The notes under the pieces are model-generated. The model did not search any database. It saw only the letters and a list, made by a program, of their open reading frames with translations, and had not been told where the DNA came from. A DNA stretch of 64,000 nt from Calditrichia bacterium. Its GTDB lineage: Bacteria; Calditrichota; Calditrichia; JAJRVZ01. The stretch is from the NCBI GenBank assembly GCA_963796965.1, contig CAWCNS010000011.1, positions 640,001-704,000 of the forward strand, written 5' to 3'. Positions 9,928 to 20,357 of this stretch are shown in pieces. The stretch's first letter is position 1; the number at the start of each line of letters is the position of its first letter. The position numbers were made by a program, and so were the translations under genes.

Positions 9928-10680
9928 TTATTCAGCAACCTTCGCCAAAACTTCATCATCAATATCAAAATTTGCATAGACATCCTGTATATCATCGTGA
10001 TCATCAAGAATGTCCATCAATTTAATCATTTGTTCTGCAGATTTGTCTTCCAGTTTAACTGTATTTTGGGGAATCATTGTTCGTTCAGCAGTAGCAACAA
10101 TCACACTACTTTCTTCCAGGGCAGATTGTACCGTTTCCAGATTGTCAGATTCCGTGTAGATATCATAGAATTCATCATCATCAGTCTTCATGTCCTCTGC
10201 GCCTGCATCTACAGAAATCAGAAAAAGCTCTTCCTCATCATAATTCTCTTTTGAAACGCGTAATAATCCTTTTTTCTCAAACATCCAGGCAACACATCCG
10301 GTTTCGCCCAAATTTCCACCGTATTTACTCAAAAGATGTCTAATCTCTGCCACCGTACGGTTTTTATTATCTGTAAGTATATTTAAATACAAAGCAACGC
10401 CAGCAGGACCATATCCCTCATACACAACCTCATCATACACCACACCGGGCAGTTCACCAGTCCCCTTCATAATTGCATTTTCAATATTTTTGGCAGGCAT
10501 ATTAGCACCCTTCGCCGCCTGAACTGCAGTCCGCAGACGTGGATTCATATCGATATCTCCACCTCCCATACGCGCTGCAACAGTAATTTCTTTAATTACA
10601 CGTGTAAAAATTTTGCCCCGTGCTGCATCAGCGCGGGCTTTTTTATGTTTAATTGAAGACCATTTTGAGTGACCGGACAT
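9928..10680 (-). CDS. yebC: YebC/PmpR family protein
   Basis: MSGHSKW..IKH.K, YEGYGP.G and TDNKNRT motifs; classic yebC-ruvCAB order. Confidence 0.96.
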   Translation of the reverse strand: MSGHSKWSSIKHKKARADAARGKIFTRVIKEITVAARMGGGDIDMNPRLRTAVQAAKGANMPAKNIENAIMKGTGELPGVVYDEVVYEGYGPAGVALYLNILTDNKNRTVAEIRHLLSKYGGNLGETGCVAWMFEKKGLLRVSKENYDEEELFLISVDAGAEDMKTDDDEFYDIYTESDNLETVQSALEESSVIVATAERTMIPQNTVKLEDKSAEQMIKLMDILDDHDDIQDVYANFDIDDEVLAKVAE

Positions 10681-10858
10681 ATTCAACCCTCCAAATCTTG
10701 AACGGCAAATTTAATAAACTTTTTAGGCCATTCCAAATCAAAAGCCCGCATATAAAATCCCCTTCATCTCCATAATATAATTGGATTTATACAGATACTG
10801 AATCATTAAAATCTATCCAAGAATTATTTCCTAATAGAATTAGTAAGCCTGAATACAA

Positions 10859-10887
10859 TTGCGTTATCAGATGGGAATATTTAAATT
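10859..10887 (+). promoter_or_regulatory. sigma70-like promoter upstream of the doxX leader
   Basis: TTGCGT-17 nt-TAAATT. Confidence 0.4.
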
Positions 10888-10909
10888 TAGATTTGGTTTA
10901 ATCATTTTC

Positions 10910-10966
10910 ATGGGATGCAAAGAAGGGAATAATACCCTTTATTGGTGTTGTTGCAGTATCGGTTAA
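10910..10966 (+). CDS. candidate 18-aa Cys-rich leader peptide MGCKEGNNTLYWCCCSIG
   Basis: Manual translation; three consecutive Cys codons. Starts ~16 nt after the predicted +1 and lies inside a predicted RNA structure. No SD. Confidence 0.3.
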   Translation: MGCKEGNNTLYWCCCSIG

Positions 10967-11199
10967 TTTGCACAATTCTTAGTGTAGTCCCGTATGATGG
11001 GATCTCCTCCTTGGAAAGGAGGAATAGATATTGCTTAGTTCGATAAGATCAAAACATTTTTATGTCAAAATTAACTCATCTGTAACAGCCCCAATTAAGG
11101 GAGATTAAATTCTTGGTTATATGTTACTTGTGCTCTTAAAAGTTAATTATTTTATAAATTGATCAGGCTAAACAATTCATAACAATGGAGGAATTTTCA

Positions 11200-11574
11200 A
11201 TGCAATCATTAACAACAACCGTAGCAAGAATTATCTTTGCCATACCCTTTGGTATCTTTGGACTATTACACCTTATGAGCGGTCCCAAAATGGCAGGCAT
11301 GGTACCACCATGGTTACCCGGTGGTGCCTTTTGGGTCTATTTAACAGGATTAGCATTAATTGCAGCTGCTGTCAGTATTATCATGCAAAAAATGGCCCGC
11401 TTGTCGAGTCTCTTGTTAGCTGCGATGATGGGTATATTTGTTTTATTCCTTCATCTTCCTGGAATCTTTGGTGCCGAAAACGAGATGGCCACGATGATGT
11501 CTATGAGTGCCCTGTTAAAAGATATGGCCCTTGGAGGCGCAGCACTTGCCTTTGCCGGGCTCGCGAAAGAATAA
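11200..11574 (+). CDS. DoxX family membrane protein
   Basis: Four hydrophobic helices; ARIIFA..FG..H, P.WLP....WVYLTG and LKD.AL.GAAL motifs; GGAGG RBS. Confidence 0.85.
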   Translation: MQSLTTTVARIIFAIPFGIFGLLHLMSGPKMAGMVPPWLPGGAFWVYLTGLALIAAAVSIIMQKMARLSSLLLAAMMGIFVLFLHLPGIFGAENEMATMMSMSALLKDMALGGAALAFAGLAKE

Positions 11575-11657
11575 CAATTTTTATATTTGTCCCGGACAAA
11601 ATCGGTACTTCTCGATATTATGGAGATGTTCTTACTTATGGAAAAAGACAAGGGGCA

Positions 11658-11701
11658 GTAGAGGGTAGAGGGTAGAGGGTAGAGAGTAGAGAGTAGAGAG
11701 T
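11658..11701. repeat. heptamer tandem repeat (GTAGAGG)3(GTAGAGA)3
   Basis: Read directly between doxX and glnS. Confidence 0.95.
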
Positions 11702-11812
11702 AAATCTATGATATATGAGGTTAAAAGTCTTTGATTTTTTCTTTAAAATATATCTCCGGCTCAATGCTTTGTGAGTAAACAGAATCAAACAAGATATTTA
11801 GGAAATTGCTTT

Positions 11813-13516
11813 ATGGCAGCACAAGAAGAAAAATCACTTAATTTTATCCAATCAATTATTCAAAAAGATCTTGAAATAAATAAATATAAGGGACGTGTAC
11901 ACACCCGTTTCCCACCGGAACCAAATGGCTACCTTCATATCGGACATGCCAAATCCATTTGTTTGAATTTTGGATTGGCGGCAGAAAATGAAAACGGACT
12001 TTGTAATTTACGTTTTGATGACACGAATCCTATTAAAGAAGAAGCGGAATATGTCAATTCAATCATCGAAGATATCCGCTGGTTGGGCTTTGAGTGGGAA
12101 GACCGGCTCTATTATGCTTCAGATTATTTTGACCAGCTATTCGAGTGGGCAGTACAGTTAATTAAATCGGGCAAAGCCTATGTGGATAGCCTGACCGCTG
12201 AGCAAATACGTGAACATCGTGGCACTCTCACCAAACCAGGCAAGGAAAGTCCTTATCGGAACCGTAGCATAGAGGAGAACCTTGACCTGTTCGAAAAGAT
12301 GCGCGAAGGTGCATTTGCCGATGGGACTCATGTATTGCGGGCAAAGATCGACATGGCCTCTCCAAATCTAAACATGCGTGACCCTGTTATGTACCGTATT
12401 CTGCACGCCACACACCATCGTACCGGTGACACATGGTGTATTTATCCCATGTATGACTGGGCTCACGGGCAATCCGATTCTATTGAGAAGATCACCCATT
12501 CCATCTGTACCCTGGAATTTGAAGCACACAGACCGCTCTATGACTGGTTTCTCGAATCTCTGGACACCTACCGTCCCCAACAGATAGAGTTTGCCCGCTT
12601 AAACCTTAATTATACAATAATGAGTAAACGTAAACTTCTCTTACTTGTCAAAGAAAAGCACGTGGATGGATGGGATGACCCTAGGATGCCCACCTTATCA
12701 GGGATGCGCAGACGTGGCTACACACCGGAATCCATTCGTGACTTTGCAGAACGCGTTGGTGTTGCTAAAAGTGATAACACAGTGGAGATAGCACTTCTGG
12801 ATCACTGTCTCAGAGAGGACCTGAATCTTCGTGCCCTGCGGGTCATGGCTGTATTACGACCTATAAAGGTTGTCCTAACCAACTATCCCCAGGACCAGTT
12901 AGAAGAGTTAGAAGCAATTAATAATCCTGAAGATCCTGATGCCGGTACACGAAAGATACCTTTTTCACGGGAAATCTTTATCGATAGTGATGATTTCCGG
13001 GAGGAGCCACCGTCCAAGTTTTTTCGCCTTGCCCCGGGACGCGAGGTGCGGCTCAAACATGCCTACTACATCACCTGTAATGAGGTAATTAAAGATCCGC
13101 AAACCGGGGAGATTGCAGAACTTCATTGCACCTATGATCCCAAGTCCCGCGGAGGATGGACCGATGATGGACGAAAGGTTAAAGGAACACTACACTGGGT
13201 TTCAGCAGAACAGGCAGTAAACGCTGAAATTCGCCTCTATAACCATCTGTTTTTGCAGGAAAATCCGGAAGATACTGAAGAGGGTGAAGATTTTATTTCT
13301 GTACTAAATCCCGATTCTCTTGAGATCCTGAAAGATTGTAAAGTTGAACCCAGTATGCGAAACGCCACAACCAGTGAACGCTATCAGTTTCTCAGACAGG
13401 GGTATTTTTGTCTCGATTCAAAGGACAGCAAACCCAATGCCCTTGTATTCAATCGCACAGTTCCATTGAGGGATACCTGGGCAAGAATTGAAAGGTCACA
13501 AGCACGGAAAAGCTGA
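11813..13516 (+). CDS. glnS: glutamine--tRNA ligase
   Basis: [42 protein letters not shown] and WDDPRMPT motifs. No C-terminal Yqey extension. Confidence 0.97.
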   Translation: MAAQEEKSLNFIQSIIQKDLEINKYKGRVHTRFPPEPNGYLHIGHAKSICLNFGLAAENENGLCNLRFDDTNPIKEEAEYVNSIIEDIRWLGFEWEDRLYYASDYFDQLFEWAVQLIKSGKAYVDSLTAEQIREHRGTLTKPGKESPYRNRSIEENLDLFEKMREGAFADGTHVLRAKIDMASPNLNMRDPVMYRILHATHHRTGDTWCIYPMYDWAHGQSDSIEKITHSICTLEFEAHRPLYDWFLESLDTYRPQQIEFARLNLNYTIMSKRKLLLLVKEKHVDGWDDPRMPTLSGMRRRGYTPESIRDFAERVGVAKSDNTVEIALLDHCLREDLNLRALRVMAVLRPIKVVLTNYPQDQLEELEAINNPEDPDAGTRKIPFSREIFIDSDDFREEPPSKFFRLAPGREVRLKHAYYITCNEVIKDPQTGEIAELHCTYDPKSRGGWTDDGRKVKGTLHWVSAEQAVNAEIRLYNHLFLQENPEDTEEGEDFISVLNPDSLEILKDCKVEPSMRNATTSERYQFLRQGYFCLDSKDSKPNALVFNRTVPLRDTWARIERSQARKS

Positions 13517-13651
13517 TCAAATTACGAATTATGGGTATCTGATAATATCAGCTACTTTAGATCACTATAAAATTTTGTCACTTACTATATTAATGCAATA
13601 AAACAAGATCCGTGAAGCCAGATAATCTAACCTAACCAGGTTTGGGTCATT

Positions 13652-14095
13652 ATGTATTCCTATAGCCCAGATAATATCAGAGAAATTGATCACACTGCGG
13701 ATATCGGTTTACATGCAGACGGTAACACATTACCTGAATTATATGCCAATTTAGCCTTTGGGATGATCCACATAATTGCCGGAGATGTAGAAGTATGCGA
13801 AAACAACTTTTTACATATCGAAATCGATGAGAAATCAGAAACTGATTTAATCGTCAGTTGGCTTTCTGAGATCAACTACCACCTAAGTGTTCATCATTTT
13901 CTCCCCTCTGTAATTAACAAACTTATTATTCATACCACAGATGATGGTCTTCTGTTAGAAGCCGATCTGGGCGGAGTCAATATTCTCAACCAGACGATCG
14001 AACTTAAAACCGAAATAAAAGCTATAACCTATCATCAGTTGAAATTTGAAAAGACGGAACATGGGTATCTTAGTCAGGTGATATTTGATATATAG
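13652..14095 (+). CDS. archease (RtcB activator)
   Basis: DHTAD near the N-terminus, EIKAITYH and terminal IFDI; adjacent to rtcB. Confidence 0.92.
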   Translation: MYSYSPDNIREIDHTADIGLHADGNTLPELYANLAFGMIHIIAGDVEVCENNFLHIEIDEKSETDLIVSWLSEINYHLSVHHFLPSVINKLIIHTTDDGLLLEADLGGVNILNQTIELKTEIKAITYHQLKFEKTEHGYLSQVIFDI

Positions 14096-14129
14096 AATTG
14101 GGAATTGGGAATTGGGAATTGGGAATTGG
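14095..14129 (+). repeat. heptamer tandem repeat (GAATTGG)5
   Basis: Five exact copies starting at the last base of the archease stop. A degenerate complementary array CCAAATT CCTAATG CCTAATT lies at 14285-14305. Confidence 0.95.
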
Positions 14130-14321
14130 GAAAATTTTGCCCGACCTTGAGCAACTTGTCAAGTATAAGTTTAATTGTTATTTATGTCAGAAACTTTCCA
14201 GATTAATTTTTCCCTTGGAATCTTCTTAAAAAGGAAATATCTGAAATTGAAAATTCCGTATCAAATATCCCGTATCAGTATTTTCCAAATTCCTAATGCC
14301 TAATTACTGAAAAAGAATATA

Positions 14322-15777
14322 ATGCAGTACAAAAATCTCACAATCCAAAAAATCCACAACAACTTATTCGAGATCCCTGCCCATGGCGACATGCTGGTTC
14401 CGGGAAGAATCTATGCTAATGATCTGATGATGAAATCTATACTGGAAGAAGATGAGAGTATTCAGCAGGTAATCAATGTTGCCCAATTACCGGGAATTCA
14501 GAAATATTCACTAGGGATGCCTGATATTCACTGGGGCTATGGGTTTCCTATTGGCGGTGTAGCTGCAACAGATTTTCATTCCGGGGTCATATCACCAGGT
14601 GGCGTTGGCTATGATATAAATTGTGGCGTTCGTCTGGCCCGTACCAACCTGTCAAAACAGGATTTAAAACCACATCTTCAAACATTGATAACAAATCTGT
14701 TTAACACCATCCCTACCGGGGTGGGTTCTTCAGGTGCTATTCATAAATTGACTGACAAAGACATGAAACGACTGTTAAAAAATGGGATGGCCTGGGCTGT
14801 GGAGAATGGATTTGGTGACGCGAGAGATCTTACTTATACCGAGGAGGGGGGTGCATTAGACGATGCGGACCCGAATTTGGTTAGTAAACGAGCCATTGAA
14901 AGAGGAAAACCACAATTAGGCACTCTGGGATCCGGTAATCATTTTCTGGAAATAGATGTTGTAGACCATATCTACTTATCTGAAGAGGCCGAAATGATGG
15001 ATCTGTTTGAGGGACAGATTGTCGTTCTTATTCATACAGGCTCCAGAGGATGTGGATACCAGATCTGTGATGATTTTTTAAAGATACTCGGTCCTGCAGC
15101 GCAGCGGTATCGAATTTCCTTACCCGATCGACAATTAGCCTGTGCCCCTCTAAATTCAATAGAAGGACAAGATTATAGGGCAGCTGATGGCTGCCGGGGC
15201 CAATTTTGCCTGGAATAACAGACAGGTTATCATGAGTTTAGCCAATAAAACCTTTATCCGGACTTTAAATATTTCACCCCGGGATTTAAATTTTAATCTC
15301 GTCTATGATGTATCCCATAACATAGCCAAGATAGAAACTCATCAGGTCAATGATAAAACCAGAAAAGTCTGTATGCATCGCAAAGGTGCAACCCGCGCAT
15401 TTCCACCGAACCACCCAGACATTCCTGTAAAATATCAGAGTATCGGACAACCCGTGCTTGTACCCGGTGATATGGGCCGTTATTCTTTTATATGTGTAGG
15501 AACAGATAAAGCCATGAATGAAACATTTGGAAGTACCTGTCATGGGGCCGGCCGGCTTAAAAGCAGAAGAAGGGCCAAAATGATAGGTAAGGGCCGTGAT
15601 TTGTTTAAGGAAATGGCTGAAATGGGTGTCCAGGTTCAGGCTAAAGGTTTTCACACGATGGCAGAGGAAATGCCCTATGCTTATAAAGACGTTGCAATGG
15701 TGGTGGATGTAATGGATAAAGCAGGTATCAGTAAGAAGGTGGCAAAGCTCAAGCCGCTAGGCGTCATCAAAGGATAG
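14322..15777 (+). CDS. rtcB: RtcB 3'-phosphate/5'-OH RNA ligase, split by one frameshift near 15186
   Basis: PDIHWGYGFPIG, VGYDINCG, GTLGSGNHF, HTGSRG, HNIAK, HRKGAT and TCHGAGR motifs. One extra base in GCAGCTGATG separates the halves. Confidence 0.95.
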
Positions 15778-15857
15778 TTAAGTGGATTTAAATGAGTATG
15801 AGTAATCCTATAATCTGTAAATACACAAAAAAGAAAGTGTTTAAAAACAATATTCTT

Positions 15858-15986
15858 ACCACGGAGTACACGGATATCACGGATATTCACGGAATAGAAT
15901 TATAATTTTAAAACAATTATAATCATTATTATATAGTAATTAATCAAATAATTTTATTTCCGTGTAAGTCCGTGTGATTCCGTGGT
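15858..15986. repeat. miniature inverted-repeat element with CACGGA-based arms
   Basis: ACCACGGAGTACACGGATATCACGGATATTCACGGAA ... TTCCGTGTAAGTCCGTGTGATTCCGTGGT between convergent genes. Confidence 0.75.
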
Positions 15987-16063
15987 TGATTTTTTATTTT
16001 CACACAGCCTCTCAACCGCATTAACAACTCAGAAATGGTTTGAATAAAAATTATGCCTAATTA

Positions 16064-16543
16064 TTATTCAACAAATTGAATTTTGCACTTTCGAATAAAT
16101 GCTTCACGATAGCCATATTGCTTTGCCATATCTCGTAAGTTCTCTGCATCAGAACGTTCTTTGCAATCACCAACCTGAATTTTGTAGAGCGGTGCTTCAA
16201 AGATCAGATAGGTTTTATGCTCTAAACTTTCAAATCTCTCAGTTGCTTCTTGCTCAAAAAGGGAGGCCGTCTCGATATTTTTAGTTGCCAGAATCTGAAC
16301 CCTGAATCCATCAATTTCTTTAGGGGGTGCCGTCTCTTCTGCTACAACGGTTGGATTCTCTGGTACAGATGACGTAATTAATGCATCTGCAATAATAATA
16401 TCATCATCATTTAGAGACATCGGATCAAAAGATTCATCATATTGGGGCTTTATTTCCTCAATCGGTTCTTCTTTAATAGGTTCTCTCGTACCTGCACATC
16501 CCATATAGAGAATAGTAATAAAAAGTAAAAAATATTTCATCAT
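16064..16543 (-). CDS. SPOR-domain lipoprotein
   Basis: Lipobox YMG-C; C-terminal GFRVQI ... YKIQVG ... GY.EAFI SPOR pattern. Confidence 0.85.
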   Translation of the reverse strand: MMKYFLLFITILYMGCAGTREPIKEEPIEEIKPQYDESFDPMSLNDDDIIIADALITSSVPENPTVVAEETAPPKEIDGFRVQILATKNIETASLFEQEATERFESLEHKTYLIFEAPLYKIQVGDCKERSDAENLRDMAKQYGYREAFIRKCKIQFVE

Positions 16544-16550
16544 CTCAGCC

Positions 16551-17339
16551 TTAAATTAATCCCAGATCTGAAGACTTCATCCATCCAGTTTTGCCATCGG
16601 GAATCGTAATCTCCATCCAGTCCCCCCTCTCCCGGTTCACCTGGACTTTTGTACCTTCATGGAGAATAAATACCTCCGTACCATCTAAATCAGGTTCACT
16701 TACAACCGAAACCTTCTCCTCTAATATAACACCAAACTTTGATGTTTCAAATTCATATATTTGACCGATTGTGAGCATCAAAACCAGAGCAAAGGTCGAC
16801 AGAGATATCCAGATAAATTTTCTTATAATGCTTTGCTCAAAAAGTAACTGTAAAATAACAAAGGTGATAAATAGTGTGAATAAAAATAAAGACAACCATA
16901 AAAGAACATTCATTGATACTACATGTGTTATTTCGTACCACCATTCCTCGATAAAGAGTTTTGGTATTTCCTCCAGTTCATCAATAATTCTTAGCTGCGC
17001 TAATTGCAGATTTTGTTCAAGAGCAGGATCTCCTTCCAAATATTTTCGGGCCTTTTCATAATAGAGAATTGCTAATCCAACGGTATTCTGTTTATAGTAA
17101 GCATTTCCAAGATTAAAATATACTTCACCACTTTCTATGCCTTGTTGGAGAATCTTTTGATATAATCCAATTGCATTCTGATAATCACCGGACACATACG
17201 CCTGATTTGCGCCTTCAAATAACATTTCCGGATTTTGTGAATAAACTGGTCCGGAGCAAAACACAGTGAGACAAACCAACAAGACACCACCATATTGTAC
17301 AATTTCCCAAATGTTGATTTTCTGATTACCGCCTATCAT
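16551..17339 (-). CDS. batE: BatE-like TPR + SH3 membrane protein
   Basis: TPRs (YFNLGNAYYK, AILYYEKA), two TM helices, LHEGTKV...W.EI...DG..GW SH3b; last bat gene. Confidence 0.88.
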   Translation of the reverse strand: MIGGNQKINIWEIVQYGGVLLVCLTVFCSGPVYSQNPEMLFEGANQAYVSGDYQNAIGLYQKILQQGIESGEVYFNLGNAYYKQNTVGLAILYYEKARKYLEGDPALEQNLQLAQLRIIDELEEIPKLFIEEWWYEITHVVSMNVLLWLSLFLFTLFITFVILQLLFEQSIIRKFIWISLSTFALVLMLTIGQIYEFETSKFGVILEEKVSVVSEPDLDGTEVFILHEGTKVQVNRERGDWMEITIPDGKTGWMKSSDLGLI

Positions 17340-17611
17340 AATTTGTCCGTTTTATCACAGTTATTTTTAATCTTGTTATTATTCTAACCACAGAGAGCCC
17401 CCGTAAAACGGGGCAGGCCAGTAAAAAACACAGAACTATTTTTTTTAGATATAATCAATCACGTTTACTTTAATATATTTACATAGGGTATTCTACGATT
17501 AATTATCTGTGTTATTCCGTGATTATACTTTCTTTTATTTAATCTAAATAGCCAGATGCCCCCGCTCATCCAACGGGTACGTCTTAGGCTCTCTGTAACT
17601 AATAAATAAGA

Positions 17612-19439
17612 TTATATATACTTTTCTAGTTGTGTTAAATTCTTTTTAACACGTTGATAAAATGACTCCATCTCCCCGACATCCGTCTGACTCCCGGAAT
17701 AGCGGTTAAAATCACTTTCCTGCAGGCAATCTAAATACTCATCAATATCTTCTTTCCCCAGGCCAGCTCCTTCCAGATCTTTTTTTACCTTGATGGAACT
17801 AAAATCCGATATTTGTACATTCAGTCTATCACAGACAAATCCCTGGAGAGAATCTGTAGTCGCTCTGTAAAAGGCCTCTTTATTATCGGACTTAATCTGT
17901 TTTTTTGCTGCTGCAAGATGCTTGGAAGCTATTCTGCCCGCTTTATGCTTTCTTGCAAGTTGAATATTTCCACGCATTTTTGTACGATGCGTATTATAGC
18001 GCCAGGCTATCACAAATCCAATGAGTGGAATCAAATAACTCATCAGATAAAGCCAATTGACATATAAACTTTGACCACTAAAGTAAAACTCTGCATTTTC
18101 TTTGATATAACGAATATCCTGACCGAGTAAAGCCACCTCCTGCTTACTTAGACTGGAACCGGCCAGAAGGCCTGCTCCTGTTTCATCGCCCTGCAAAACG
18201 TTTAACAAGATTGGTTTTGTGCTTGCTCTCATATATTTACCACGACGTGGATTGAAATAACTTAGGGATACCGGTTCGATTTCATATTCTCCTTTAAATC
18301 GAGGTACTAAAACATACTCAACGGTTTTTATCCCTGTAATTTTATTATCCTTTGGCGAAATAGTTGTTTTTTCGCGTGGTGCATAAACTTCCATATCAGC
18401 CGGCAATTTTAGTTGTGGCGGTTTAACTAGTTTTATGTTTCCTTCCCCCCGGATTGTCAATTTTATAGAAACCGCCTCATTTGTTTTAAGCTCAGCAATA
18501 TCCGATGTGGCAGAAATTTGATAATTGCCAACAACACCTTCGAAATCTGATGGACGATCCGCTAGAAGGATGGGGTTTGACCGTAATATTCACCGGCTTA
18601 CTAGTGAGAGACTTCTTTACCGTTCGCCCAAAGGGATCATCAAAAAAATTATCAAACAAACTTCGTGATCGTTTGTTGCGTTTAACCAAAGCATCGACAG
18701 ATATGACCATTGGTTCAATTATTAATTCACCACTGCGGGTCGGGAAGAGTGCTATCTTTCTTAAGGTGGCAACCTGATAGGTTATCCCATTGATAATTTC
18801 CCTGCTAACCTGAGGTTGAGATGCAATTTTAAATTCTTCCATCCAAAAACCTGAGTTAGGGGGAATTTTTTCAATATTATAGCTACGAACATCGACCTTA
18901 AAATAGAGTTTGTATTCAACCAGTATTTGTTCATTCTGAAAGGCGGATTTTTTACTGACAAAAGTTTTAAGATAAAGACTCTCTCCCAGCAAATCCTGAT
19001 CATTTTTACTATTAACCTGGGGTTTATCCTGTTTTGGTTTTGAGGTTGCTTTAACGACTTTAATACTTATGGTATTTGATGAATAGATCTCACCGTCTTT
19101 CTCGAGGGTCGCAGGTTCAATTGTAAAATCTCCTTCTTTTTGGGGAAGAAGATAAAATGCATAAGAATGTGAAGAAGACATGGCACCATTTACAAATTGA
19201 ATATTTGTTGAAGTATTTGGCCCTGAGAGGACAGAAAAACCCTCCATGGAGGGAAAACTGGGCTGTGGCAGATTGGTGCTCTTTCCGGAAACCTGTACTG
19301 TATATACAAAACGATCATTGATGGCAACCTGGTTTCGATCGACCGTAGCTAGTATGGTCACCTCTTCGGCATAAATGGAGGAGAAAATTGTGCCTGAAAG
19401 AACCGTAAATATTAATGCATATAAGTTTTTTTTAATCAT
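17612..19439 (-). CDS. batD: BatD-like protein, split by one frameshift near 18557
   Basis: Signal peptide; F.VLSGPN.S, NG..Y......IALFP..SG.L.I and GEGNIK motifs. Removing one T from GGATCGTCCA restores GRPSDFEGVVGNYQI. Confidence 0.88.
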
Positions 19440-19512
19440 CTGCGTTTTTGTATTCCAATATATTCGAACTAGTGATAAAATATGACTTTCACAAAAAACA
19501 AAAAGGTATTAA

Positions 19513-20322
19513 TCACCAATCTTTATCTACATTTCTTTTCCGTGATTTGGCCGGTCTTTTCATCTTCTGTTTGTCTTGCTCATCATTTTTCAATGCATCA
19601 AGGATGCGTTCTGCATCCTCTTTGGTCATTTTATCCTGAGATTCTTCAAGGGCTTCGCTCTGTTGCTGTTGCTCCTGATCCTGTTGTTCTTCGCCGGCTT
19701 GCTGTTGATTTTGTTCCTGTTCAGCCTCGGCTTGTTGCTGTTCCCCATCCTGTTCCTGGTTGTCCTGTCCCTCTTGGTCTTCCTGTTGTTGTTGCTGTCC
19801 ATCTTGCTTTTGCTGCTCTGAATTTTGCTGGGGCTGCTGCTGTTGTTTATCTGCAGATTCTTTTAATTTTGCTCTTGCTAACTCGAGATTGTATTTGGCC
19901 TCCTGATCATTTGGATTTATATCTAATGCTTTCTTATAAGACTCAATACTCTCTTGCAATTTATCCTGTTTAAAATATGAATTCCCTATATTATAGTAAA
20001 CTTTGCTATCCATTAGCCTATCTTCACTGCCGATAACTTTCTGATATGTCTCGATGGCCTCTTCATATTTATCCAGTTTATATAGGGCATTTCCCTGATT
20101 AAAATGTGCAATCTCACTTTTTGGATCCTCAAGTAAAGCATCCTGATAATTATTTAATGCCTCCTCATATTTCTCTTCATGATACAGGGCATTACCTTCA
20201 TTCACTTTCTGTCTTATTTCCTGACCATTACTGGTTCCAGCCAGGAAAAACAAAATGCTGACACTAAAATAAGCGCGGAATGACAAAAATTGTTTTTTTG
20301 TAAGAATTAAATTAGATATCAT
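19513..20322 (-). CDS. batC: BatC-like TPR protein with Gln/Glu-rich linker
   Basis: TPRs (FNQGNALYK, YNIGNSYF, AKYNLELA), Q-rich tract, AERILDAL...E and terminal KDW. Confidence 0.9.
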   Translation of the reverse strand: MISNLILTKKQFLSFRAYFSVSILFFLAGTSNGQEIRQKVNEGNALYHEEKYEEALNNYQDALLEDPKSEIAHFNQGNALYKLDKYEEAIETYQKVIGSEDRLMDSKVYYNIGNSYFKQDKLQESIESYKKALDINPNDQEAKYNLELARAKLKESADKQQQQPQQNSEQQKQDGQQQQQEDQEGQDNQEQDGEQQQAEAEQEQNQQQAGEEQQDQEQQQQSEALEESQDKMTKEDAERILDALKNDEQDKQKMKRPAKSRKRNVDKDW

Positions 20323-20357
20323 ATTAATATTTCTGCAGAATAGACAAGGTCCATTGA

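Noticed and set aside
10905..10930. c-di-GMP-I riboswitch (GGGATGCAAAG resembles GGGACGCAAAG)
   Set aside because: The upstream GGCAAAC and GNRA-capped stem are absent.
11658..14129. CRISPR array from the short repeats
   Set aside because: Units are 7 bp with no unique spacers, and no cas genes are present.
15170..15220. Programmed frameshift, intron or intein in rtcB
   Set aside because: No slippery heptamer or inserted segment; it is a single extra base like the other window-wide indels.
19482..19973. Plus-strand 163-aa and 81-aa hydrophobic ORFs
   Set aside because: Antisense shadows of the Gln-rich batC linker; the other short overlapping ORFs in the track were dismissed likewise.
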